From Octopus sinensis (Eukaryota): 15,420 nucleotides of DNA. Each line of letters starts with the position of its first letter. Positions within the stretch are counted from its first letter, which is position 1. Shown in pieces: positions 1-8,206 of the stretch. The position numbers were made by a program, and so were the translations under genes. The notes under the pieces were generated by a model that ran no database searches, had not been told where the DNA came from, and was given only the letters and a program-made list of their open reading frames with translations. The stretch spans positions 1 through 15,420 of the forward strand of contig NW_021825505.1 of NCBI RefSeq assembly GCF_006345805.1, written 5' to 3'.

Positions 1-85
1 TCCTTGTGGAGACGGTCATGAGTCGTTCCGGTTGGCTGGTTCTCTTAAAGAGTCATTTCGTTGTATTTGTTGAAGTTCGGTTTTG

Positions 86-151
86 ATTGGTCTGGAGTTA
101 GGTGACGTCAGCAACTCGTGTGTGTAAAATTTCATTGGACTAGAGGTAAGT
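86..151 (+). promoter_or_regulatory. Promoter-like / candidate non-coding first-exon end: inverted CCAAT boxes, CRE palindrome, splice donor
   Basis: ATTGG at 86-90 and 134-138, TGACGTCA at 103-110, consensus donor GAG|GTAAGT with GT at 146. Could splice to the acceptor at 1362 just upstream of the Kozak ATG. Confidence 0.4.
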
Positions 152-335
152 GGCGTCGGCCACTGGTGTTTCTATGGTGATTTGGAGTTGCGCTTTCGGA
201 ACCCGGGTGGAAGATTGTTACTAAAGTTTTTAAAAAATATTTGTTGTTCCTGGTTGGGTTTTTGTGTGTGTGTGTGTGTTGAAATTAAGTCTTTTTTCTT
301 TTTTCTTTTTTCTTCAACATTCCAAAAATGGTTCA

Positions 336-470
336 CCCCCTGTGACTCTTTCGATCCAAGACAACCAGCTAAAGGACACCGAGAAATTCACCTATTTGCG
401 TAGCATCATCTCAAGCAATGGGGTCATTGATCGCAAAATTCAGAATCGCATCCAGATCGCACTTTCCGGC
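336..470 (+). mobile_element. RTE/CR1-type LINE ORF2 fragment (region after the RT domain)
   Basis: Frame of ORF 264 reads PPVTLSIQDNQLKDTEKFTYLRSIISSNGVIDRKIQNRIQIA, matching the LINE post-RT pattern I.IdG..Le.V..F.YLGS.is.dg..d.EI..RI..A. Confidence 0.75.
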
Positions 471-474
471 GAGG

Positions 475-667
475 CCATGCTTCGCCTTGTCCATCAACAA
501 TTCCCAAGGCGAAACACTATCGGTTGCGGGCATCCATTTGGGGGGATCCGTGCTTTTCACATGAGCAACTTTATATGGCCTTCTCCCGTGTGGGGAGTAG
601 AAACGTACTTATTGTGTATGCTCCTCGGAGCAGAACACGCAATGTTGTCTATAGCAAAGTTTTATAG
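475..667 (+). mobile_element. Helitron RepHel (PIF1-type helicase) C-terminal fragment, frameshifted
   Basis: 481-540 reads FALSINNSQGETLSVAGIHL. After a +1 slip in the G run, 545-667 reads DPCFSHEQLYMAFSRVGSRNVLIVYAPRSRTRNVVYSKVL*. This matches the Helitron consensus FAMTINKSQGQTL...PVFSHGQLYVA.SRV...T.NVVY.EVL*. Confidence 0.85.
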
Positions 668-832
668 ACGCAGGAAAAAGAATATCTCGGGTTATTTTGA
701 ATATTTAATTAGAATAAGGTGAATAAGAAATGGAGAAGTAGAAGTAATTAATGTCTTACAGCTGATTCTGGGATATCCCAGGTGATGGGTCAGGTGTTTA
801 TGCAGGAATATACTTAGGTGTATATTCATACT

Positions 833-868
833 TGTGTGTGTGTGTGCGTGTGTGTGTGTGTGTGTGTG
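833..868. repeat. (TG)n microsatellite
   Basis: Direct reading; one C interruption, followed by (CG)n. Confidence 0.95.
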
Positions 869-880
869 CGCGCGCATTTA

Positions 881-1250
881 TACTCTTTTACTCTTTTACT
901 CTTTTACTTGTTTCAGTCATTTGACTGCGGCCATGCTGGAGCACCACCTTTAGTACTTATTCTATCGGTCGCTTTTGCCGAACCGCTAAGTGACGGGGAC
1001 GTAAACACACCGGCATCGGTTGTCAGCATGCTAGGGGGACAAACACAGACACAAACACACACACATATACATATATATACATATATACGACAGCTTCTTT
1101 CAGTTTCCGTCTACCAAATCCACTCACAAGGCATTGGTCGGCCCGAGGCTATAGCAGAAGACACTTGCCCAAGATGCCACGCAGTGGGACTGAACCCGCA
1201 ACCGTGTGGTTGGTTAGCAAGCTACTTACCACACAGCCACTCCTGCGCCT
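881..1250 (-). mobile_element. tRNA-derived SINE family A, copy 1
   Basis: Minus strand begins GGCGCAGGAGTGGCTGTGTGGTAAG (A box) ... GGTTCAGTCCC (B box) and ends in an (AAAAGAGT)n-like tail. Near-identical to 4868-5282, with a ~40-bp internal deletion. Confidence 0.9.
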
Positions 1251-1377
1251 TATGTGTATTTAACAGAAAATACTTATTGAACAACTAGACATTCTTTGCT
1301 CAAATTTCTAAGTTTCCTCTTTCTCGCATCAAGTCAGGTATTTCTGAAGAAATTTCCCTCAGCCGGACGGGGCCACC

Positions 1378-1508
1378 ATGATGCCATTTCTAGTTTATTC
1401 TCGAAGTTTCGCCATTTTAATAGCAGCCCTCAATTGCGCGGTTCTTGCTCAATTTACAGACTACACGACAAACAGCACGACAAACAGCACGGATACAGAA
1501 AAAAAAAG
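1378..1508 (+). CDS. First coding exon (signal peptide plus S/T-rich glycosylated stub) of an unnamed single-pass membrane protein
   Basis: Acceptor TTTCCCTCAG at 1362, Kozak GCCACCATG (ATG 1378), MMPFLVYSRSFAILIAALNCAVLA/QFTDYTTNSTTNSTDTEKK, donor AAG|GTAGGT at 1509 (phase 2). Confidence 0.75.
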
Positions 1509-1533
1509 GTAGGTAATCGTTTGCCTTTTCTCA

Positions 1534-1534
1534 T

Positions 1535-1622
<88 letters not shown>

Positions 1623-1627
1623 TATAT
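1534..1627. repeat. (TA)n microsatellite
   Basis: Direct reading. Confidence 0.95.
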
Positions 1628-1839
1628 GTTCCGAAGTCGGGACGCCATGATAGATCGTTAGCTCCTATACACATTTTTTTCTCTCCTTGTTTTTTTTCTG
1701 TGTATCTTTCTGTCGAAGAGCGTAGGCTCGAAACGTAAAAGACTTTTTCTATTTCTATTCCTGAGCGCCATACTAATACATTTGTTTGTTTGTACTCCAC
1801 CTGCCTTCGTCTTTTGTTTATTTTCGTAAACTTTCCCGT

Positions 1840-1840
<1 letters not shown>
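1628..1840 (+). mobile_element. Penelope-like/retrozyme-type short repeat with a hammerhead-like motif, between two (TA)n tracts
   Basis: TCTTT-CTGTCGAA-GAGC GTAG GCTC-GAAACGTA-AAAGA at 1705-1742 has type I minimal hammerhead geometry; GAAGAG...CTCGAAACG is typical of PLE terminal repeats. Confidence 0.55.
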
Positions 1841-1841
<1 letters not shown>

Positions 1842-1884
<43 letters not shown>

Positions 1885-1891
1885 TATATAT
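1842..1891. repeat. (TA)n microsatellite
   Basis: Direct reading. Confidence 0.95.
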
Positions 1892-2059
1892 TGCATTAAT
1901 TAACAGTAGAGTGGATTTTGTATTAGACTTTTTATGCTATTATTGAATACTATTACCCTAACTTCAACTCCGAAGTTCCTGACGTAGATTCAATGGAAGT
2001 GTACCACAACTACGGATGACAGCAGGAAGCCTATACTGTTCCGGTGCTCTGCTCAACAT

Positions 2060-2192
2060 TTAAACACACTAATTGAATTATACGTATTTGTTCACTCAAG
2101 CTACATAATGCAAAATTTTTACTTTTCAAAAATTCCAATTCTAAAGGGTCGAAAAGAAAACAAAGCCGAGCAACGCCGGGCTATACTACTAG
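2060..2192 (+). mobile_element. Helitron 3' terminus (left boundary approximate)
   Basis: Imperfect GC-rich hairpin GCCGAGCAACGCCGGGC at 2165-2181, then CTAG (2189-2192) and T, the canonical Helitron end. Confidence 0.7.
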
Positions 2193-2207
2193 TGTTTGAT
2201 ATTACAG

Positions 2208-2482
2208 GATACGAGCTATGCCATGTCCAGCACAGATTCCATAACAAACGTTCCTGTCGATACGCGTGCTAATGCTAAACAGGGCAGCGACTGCATGGCA
2301 GATAAATCATTTCTTCATAATGGTCAGGATTAGGTATTTGAAATTGAAATTAAAGAATTACAAGGCAAAAAAACGCATTCTTTTCCCTTGTTGAATGTTC
2401 AAACAAAAGCTCCACCAAAACTGAAATATCAATTCTTTTATCCAGGAGGGACTATCGAAGAACGTCATATTGCTTATTTCAG
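2208..2482 (+). pseudogene. Decayed exon, Ig-like inter-domain segment
   Basis: Acceptor ATTACAG at 2207. One frame is open except TAG 2331-2333: ...KSFLHNGQD*VFEIEIKELQGKKTHSFPLLNVQTKAPPKLKYQFFYPGGTIEERHIAYF. Phase-2 donor CAG|GTTGGT at 2483. Length 275 nt is not a multiple of 3. Confidence 0.5.
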
Positions 2483-2794
2483 GTTGGTATGCTTTTGACT
2501 TTCATCTTCTTTCGGCATCTTTCTCTCATTCTGTCTCTGTCTGTCTGTCTGTCTGTCTCTGTGTCTCTCTATCTCGCCCCACCTCTCTCAATGTTTGTCT
2601 GATTTACTATCAGTCCGATAAATACTAATTTTTTTCTTATTACTGTTTTATTTTGGCGAACTCCCATTGTCATTCGATGTTTAAAAACCAGTTTTATAGA
2701 TATTCCTTTCAAAATTCTTGTTTTGTTTTTCACACATTAACTTATGTAAGTTGAACTAGAGAAAAGAGCCGAGTCGTTTCTTGTTGTACGGAAT

Positions 2795-2847
2795 CCCAAA
2801 AATCTTATATGGGGGGGGGGCACATGAACCCCGGTTGAGAACCCCTG
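2795..2847 (+). mobile_element. hAT-type MITE right-end fragment
   Basis: Ends GGTTGAGAACCCCTG, similar to the TIR GGTTGAGAATCACTG at 12310-12324. Confidence 0.5.
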
Positions 2848-2911
2848 AGTGTAAGCAATCTAGCCGTACATTGCAAAACATTACAGAAGTAATTAATTGC
2901 AACGGAAACAG

Positions 2912-3424
2912 TGTTCATCCAAAAAAAGTAATCTTTATATCCAACTTAACGTAGTTGTGTTAGGACGCAGAACACTGCGTTATTCACCAAGAGGAGATCC
3001 CTCATAATGACTCTGGTTGCATAAAGGCGCTCCTAATTTTAGGAGAATGAGTGCTTTTATGTACCGCCAGCTCTTACAAGAGGTTCTCTCTCTCGAAATA
3101 TTCTACGTCGTAACACAACCTTCACGTTAAGTTGGAGATCAAGATTACAAAAGTACGTTACGGAGATGTACTTGCATAGCAAGTGACCTGATCTGAGATC
3201 GTGTGCTGTAACGAAAACAATTGCAGCGTGGAAGGTGTTTATAAGCCATTTAAGAAACACACAAAAACCGTTAAATTCACTTCAGCATTTAAATTTAATT
3301 TGTCAAAATATTTTCGTCGCTTTGAGATCGCGACCTGTTCACTGACAAAATTCCGTGCTGCATCTATAACTAAAAGTACTTTAGTTATAGTAGAAAACAT
3401 TACAGCATATATAAAAAGAAAATA
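2912..3424 (+). pseudogene. Decayed Ig-superfamily exon with multiple stops and frameshifts
   Basis: Mosaic reading VHPKKVIFISNLT / VVVLGRRTLRYSPRGDPS**LWLHKG / YKRFSLSKYSTS*HNLHVKLEIKITKVRYGDVLA*QVT*SEIVCCNENNC...TVKFTSAFKFNLSKYFRRFEIATCSLTKFRAASITKSTLVIVENITAYIKRK shows Ig strand motifs. Bounded by CAG| at 2911 and ATA|GTAAGT at 3425, both phase 2. Confidence 0.6.
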
Positions 3425-3565
3425 GTAAGTCAGAAGTACAGTTGAACTTAAAGGGAGAAATCCTGCGAGTGAAAATATTCGTCAGGAACAAAATTAAGTT
3501 ATGGGAGGTCCAAAACCCGGGAGGATTTTTTTTTTTCTTTTTTGAGACTTTTTTGGCGCAGAAGA

Positions 3566-3958
3566 TGGAAGCACTCCGTCGGTTACGACGACGAGGGTTC
3601 CGGTTGATCCGATCAACGGAACAGCCTGCTCGTGAAATTAAAGTGCAAGTGGCTGAGCACTCCACAGACACGTGTACCCATAACGTAGTTCTCGGGGATA
3701 TTCAGCGTGACACAAAGAGTGACAAGGCCACAAGGCCAGCCCTTTGAAATACAGGTACAACAGAAACAGGAAGTAAGAGTGAGAGAAAGTTGTGGTGAAA
3801 GAGTACAGCAGGGATCGCCACCACCCCCCTGCCGAAGCCTCGTGGAGCTTTTAGGTGTTTTCGTTCAATAAACACTCACACACCCGGTCTGAGAATCGAA
3901 ACCGCGATCCCACGACCGCGAGTCCGCTGCCCTAACCACTGGGCCATTGCGCCTCCAC
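3566..3958 (-). mobile_element. tRNA-derived SINE family B, copy 1 (full length)
   Basis: Minus strand starts GTGGAGGCGCAATGGCCCAGTGGTTAGGGC...GGTTTCGATTC and ends ACCGACGGAGTGCTTCCA. Closely similar to 8470-8838. Confidence 0.9.
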
Positions 3959-4060
3959 TAGTTCATCATATATGTCAACAAATACGGTAGGAGGTTCCGT
4001 TTTAAACCATTTGTCTCGTTACAATAAATTCATATTTGATACTGATATAAAATCTTCCAG

Positions 4061-4150
4061 TTCTGATGAAAATACAAATGTTACCGATTCCATTGCAGCC
4101 ATCACTCCATGCTTAGCCATACCAGTAATATGCGTCACCGTCTACCTCTG
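4061..4150 (+). CDS. Transmembrane exon of the single-pass membrane protein
   Basis: Branch-like ACTGAT 4041-4046, acceptor ATCTTCCAG at 4060, 90 nt phase 2/2, SDENTNVTDSIAAITPCLAIPVICVTVYL, donor CTG|GTAAGA at 4151. Confidence 0.75.
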
Positions 4151-4319
4151 GTAAGACCCTCATTTTATTCTTTCACTTGTTTTTAGTCAGGCTGGCGAAA
4201 CTTCTGAAAGGGCTTCTAGGCAAACGAATCGAGCCCTGCACTTTTTTTAAGTCTAATGCAAATACGCATACACTCATAGATATATACACGCACTTACACA
4301 CACACACACACATACGTAT

Positions 4320-4332
4320 ATATCTATATCTA

Positions 4333-4416
<84 letters not shown>

Positions 4417-4452
4417 ATATAACACATTATATATACAACATATATATATGTG

Positions 4453-4484
<32 letters not shown>

Positions 4485-4539
4485 TACATATACATACTAT
4501 ATATACATATATATATATACACACACACATATATTATAC

Positions 4540-4582
<43 letters not shown>

Positions 4583-4610
4583 TATATATACACACACACA
4601 CACATATATG
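4320..4610. repeat. Compound (TA)n/(CA)n microsatellite
   Basis: Direct reading. Confidence 0.9.
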
Positions 4611-4622
4611 TATAATTTTTTA

Positions 4623-4824
4623 TTCTTTTACTTGTTTCGGTCATTTGACAGCGGCCATGCTGGAGCACTGCCTCTAGTCGACCAAAAAGACCCAAGGGCT
4701 TATCCTTTGTAAGCCTAGTTATTTATTCTATATGTTCCTTTTGACGAACCGCTAAGTTACGGGAACGTAAACATACCAACATCGGTTGTGAAGCAGTGGT
4801 GGGAGGGACAAGCACAGACACACA
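4623..4824 (-). mobile_element. SINE family A, copy 2 (3' half only, diverged)
   Basis: Aligns by eye to 4868-5070 (CTTTTACTTGTTTC...GCGGCCATGCTGGAGCAC...GAACCGCTAAG...ACAGACACAC). Confidence 0.85.
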
Positions 4825-4867
4825 ATTCCATATATTTCCATATATTATATATATATATATATATATA

Positions 4868-5282
4868 TTCTTTTACTCTTTTACTTGTTTCAGTCATTTG
4901 ACTGCGGCCATGCTGGAGCACCGCCTTTTAGTCGAGCAAACGACCCCGGGACTTATTCTTTGTAAGCCCAGTACTTATTCTATCGGTCTCTTTTGCCGAA
5001 CCGCTAAGTGACGGGGACGTAAACACACCAGCATCGGTTGTCAAGCAATGCTAGGGGGACAAACACAGACACACAAACATATACACACACACTTATATAT
5101 ATATATACATATATACGACAGGTTTCTTCTTCAGTTCCTCCGCCTACCAAATCCACTCACAAGGCATTGGTCGGCCCGGGGCTATAGCAAAGACACTTGC
5201 CCAAGATGCCACGCAGTGGGACTGAACCCAGAACCATGTGGTTGGTTAGCAAGCTACTTACCACACAGCCACTCCTGCGCCT
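4868..5282 (-). mobile_element. SINE family A, copy 3 (full length)
   Basis: Same A/B-box head and tail as 881-1250. Confidence 0.9.
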
Positions 5283-5324
5283 ATATATATATATAAATAT
5301 ACACACTTAGCCATACCAAGACAG

Positions 5325-6365
5325 CTATTCACCTTTTTGGTGTATTAGGTTCCCAGTCAAGAAATTCAATTGGTTTCTCATTCCCCCAAATGCGACAAAT
5401 GATGACGATTAACCTTTCCACGTGTATGGAAGGTCGCTTCATCACTGAACAGAATTTTGCTGATTAAATCAACACTTTCAGTTTGATCAATAAGCTCAGC
5501 GTACATCACTGATCTTTGGAGATAATCCTATTCTTGTAAGTTGCGAAAAATTTGAATGCGATAAGCATTTTCGTTCAGGTCACTTGCTACGATTCTGTGG
5601 ATTGGTGTACGTGAAATTTCTACCATGTTAATTACCCTACGAGAAGATAATTGCGGATCCTGTTCAGATACTTCGCGAACCATTTCAATTCTTCGTATAT
5701 CTCGCCCTTTATCTTTCATGTTACCACAAACATCCGTTCTTTTCACATTCATCATCAGTTATTTGGGTCTGAAAAAGATAAATAAAACTACACAAATATT
5801 GACATAAACGGATAAGTATTTTGTTAAAACACAAATTTGCACTACTTACGCTATCCTTTATGGTGGTATAGAATTATTTTCAGGGCAGCGAGCTGGCAGA
5901 ATCGTTAGCACGCCGGGCGAAATGCGTAGCCGTATTTCGTCTGCAGTTTCGTTCTGAGTTCAAATTCCGCCGAGGTCGACTTTGCCTTTCATCCTTTCGG
6001 GGTCGATAAATTGAGTACCAGTTACGCACTGGGGTCGATATAATCGACTTAATCCGTTTGTCTGTCCTTGTTTGTCCTCTCTGTGTTTAGCCTCTTGTGG
6101 CTAGTAAAGAAATAGGTATTTCGTCTGCCGTTACGTTCTGAATTCAAATTCCGCCGAGGTCAACTTTGCCTTTCATCCTTTCGGTGTCGATTAAATAAGT
6201 ACCAGTTACGCACTGGGGTCAATATAATCGACTTAATCCGTTTGTCTGTCCCTGTTTGTCCTCTCTGTGTTTAGCCCCTTGTGGGTAGTAAAGAAATAGG
6301 TATAGAATTATTTTTTTTAAAAATCGGATGTCACTTAAATAGATAATGATTTTTGAGACACCCTA
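5325..6365 (-). mobile_element. Degenerate Tc1/mariner transposon (rosa/DD41D-like transposase), 3'-truncated and interrupted by a SINE
   Basis: Minus strand: HTH-like VREVSEQDPQLSSRRV...ISRTPIHRIVASDLNENAYRIQ, then ILFSDEATFHTRGKVNRH (FSDEATFH at 5426-5449). Terminus AGGGTGTCTCAAAA at ~6351-6364 resembles the CAGGGTGTCTCAAAA TIR. Confidence 0.85.
5881..6298 (+). mobile_element. tRNA-derived SINE family C with an internal 184-bp tandem duplication and 16-bp TSD
   Basis: Head GGGCAGCGAGCTGGCAGAATCGTTAG...GAGTTCAAATTCC, central CCTTTCATCCTTTCGGGGTCGATAAA domain (MetaSINE-like from recall). TSD GGTATAGAATTATTTT at 5865-5880 and 6299-6314. Confidence 0.9.
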
Positions 6366-6731
6366 GTTTAGTGGTAGAACACTCATCCAGTATCTGAGGG
6401 GTACAGGTAAATTTTATTTACCCGTCTTATAAGGCTAAATACCCAATTTTTTTCTGCTGTCCTTACCGCTTTACTGCGTTTGCGATTTACTTCCTCGTCT
6501 ATAATATTTATCAATTTGCTGGCCATTTACCAAAATTTGAAAAGAAATTGTTATATTATGGTAACACCTGGATCTTCAGATTTTCTTCGTCCATTTATTA
6601 TACATATTGAATCTTCAAATTTAGAGGTTTTGGAGATGTTGGGGGTTGCACCCCTTAACGGCTACATGATCTTATGCCACATGGTGCAAATTTCTACAAA
6701 TACATTTCTCAATAATCAAATAATTCTTTCT

Positions 6732-7289
6732 AATTTTGGACAAAAGATCAGCTGTTTTAGGGGAGGGGCAAATCAATTACATCGACACCCCGTACTCCGT
6801 CGATATTTTATCGACCCCGAAACCATGACGGACAAAGTCAGTCTCGGTTGAATTTGAACTTATGGCGTAAAGAGGGACGAAACGCCGCTAAGCACTTTTA
6901 CCAGCGATCCCACTAGTTCGCCGCCGCCGCCTCAGGGCTCTCCAGGATGGGTTTCAAATTTTGGCACAAGGCCAGCAAGGGAGTAAGTCGATGACCTCGA
7001 CCCCAGAACTGAGCTAATACTTATTTTATCGACCCCGAAAGGATGAAATGCTGTTAAGTATTTGGCCCTGAGTTCTAAGGATATTCGCCGTCGCCTTTGT
7101 ATATAATAATTTCAAATTTTGGTGCAACATCAGCAATTTCGGGGACGGTTGGGGACTGGTACTTATTTTATCGATCCCGAAAGGATGAACGGCAAGGTCG
7201 ACCCCGGCGGAATTTGAACTCAGAACGGGAAGACGGATAAAATGCTGCTGAACCTTTTTACTCCGCGTGCTAACGATTCTGCCAGCTCC
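6732..7289 (-). mobile_element. Three degenerate family-C-related SINE copies in tandem (~6732-6930, 6948-7095, 7111-7289)
   Basis: Each has an AATTTTGG...CAGC-type end and the TTTTATCGA(C/T)CCCGAAA reverse complement of the C central domain. The third retains the head (GCTAACGATTCTGCCAGCTC). Confidence 0.75.
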
Positions 7290-7334
7290 AATAACAATCA
7301 ACTGTATAAAAATAAAACTGGAATTTTCAATAGG

Positions 7335-7425
7335 TAAATAAGTTACCGGAGTCGATTTGTTGGACTAAACACTTCATGGTGGTGCCCCAGCATGGTCGCT
7401 CTCCAATGAATGATACAAGTAAAGA
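7335..7425 (+). mobile_element. SINE 3' fragment with the family-A-type tail
   Basis: GGAGTCGATTTG...GACTAAA...GGTGGTGCCCCAGCATGG...ACAAGTAAAGAG matches the sense-strand tail of family A. Confidence 0.6.
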
Positions 7426-7616
7426 GGGACGAAACGTTGAACGGTTTTGTATTCCTCAAAGACAAAATAGCAATCGAAGGAATCCGTGGGCGAAAAATGG
7501 TGAACATCCTTCTTAAGGATTCAAATGTCTCTCAGACATATTTGAATCGGTGCCAGGTTTGTAATTCCTCACAATGACTATTGAGTGTTCCTAATGCGGA
7601 AATATTCTCGTTTCAG

Positions 7617-7758
7617 CTACTTATTAAGAGATCGACCGAAACCTCGGCCTCTGCCGCCTCCAGACATGGTAGAAAGAATGTATCTAGAAGCTCAGAGGAA
7701 TGCAACTTTGCGCTCCCAGTCTATTTTCAACTCGACAGAACATATAGTGACCAGCGCG
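7617..7758 (+). CDS. Cytoplasmic-tail exon of the single-pass membrane protein
   Basis: Branch CTAAT 7591-7595, acceptor TTCTCGTTTCAG at 7616. Phase-2 start completes TG|C (Cys), then YLLRDRPKPRPLPPPDMVERMYLEAQRNATLRSQSIFNSTEHIVTSA. Donor GCG|GTAAGA at 7759. Confidence 0.75.
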
Positions 7759-7789
7759 GTAAGATTTTGAAATTCTAAAACAGTTTCGA

Positions 7790-7915
7790 TGGGCGTGGCT
7801 CTGTGGTAAGACGCCTACTTCCCAACCACATGGTCTTCGGTTCAATCCCGCCATAGCTTTGGCCTACCGAGGCCTTGTGGGTGGATTTGTCCGGCGGAAA
7901 CTTAGGAACCCGTCG
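7790..7915 (+). mobile_element. SINE family A-related 5' fragment, internally deleted
   Basis: GGGCGTGGCTCTGTGGTAAG...GGTTCAATCCC, then CCATAGC...GTGGATTTGT...GGAAAC, running into (TA)n. Confidence 0.7.
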
Positions 7916-7992
7916 TATATATATATATATATATATATATTAATGTGATATATATATATATATATTATATATATATATATATATATGTATTA

Positions 7993-8050
<58 letters not shown>

Positions 8051-8052
8051 AT

Positions 8053-8119
<67 letters not shown>

Positions 8120-8205
8120 TATAGATAGATAGTAGATAGATAGATAGATAGATAGATTAGATAGAGATAGATAGATAGTAGATAGAAGATAGATAGATAG
8201 AGATT
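7916..8205. repeat. Compound (TA)n + (GATA)n microsatellite
   Basis: (TA)n to ~8053, then (GATA)n. Confidence 0.95.
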
Positions 8206-8206
8206 T

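Noticed and set aside
768-781. 14-bp palindrome CTGGGATATCCCAG, also a possible 20-nt micro-exon 762-781
   Set aside because: Short enough to occur by chance; weak donor (GTGATG).
1906-2060. Protein-like frames between (TA)n and the Helitron end
   Set aside because: Stops in all frames and no motif I could confirm.
2331-2333. In-frame TAG in exon-like block 2208-2482 rescued by A-to-I editing (UAG to UGG, Trp), attractive in a cephalopod
   Set aside because: The block is 275 nt and starts in a phase incompatible with the upstream donor, and the next block has many stops including TAA and TGA plus frameshifts. Editing alone cannot restore the protein.
3972-4060. N-terminal part of ORF 3972 as coding sequence
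   Set aside because: Better explained as intron: branch point and acceptor at 4060 give the in-phase TM exon.
6467-6690. Minus-strand donor GCG|GTAAGG at 6466 with short open frames
   Set aside because: No good acceptor, no recognisable protein and no partner exon.
7440-7556. Exon-like open frame ending CAG|GTTTGT upstream of the tail exon
   Set aside because: It ends in phase 0 whereas 7617 requires phase 2, the compatible frame has TGA at 7543, and there is no clear acceptor.
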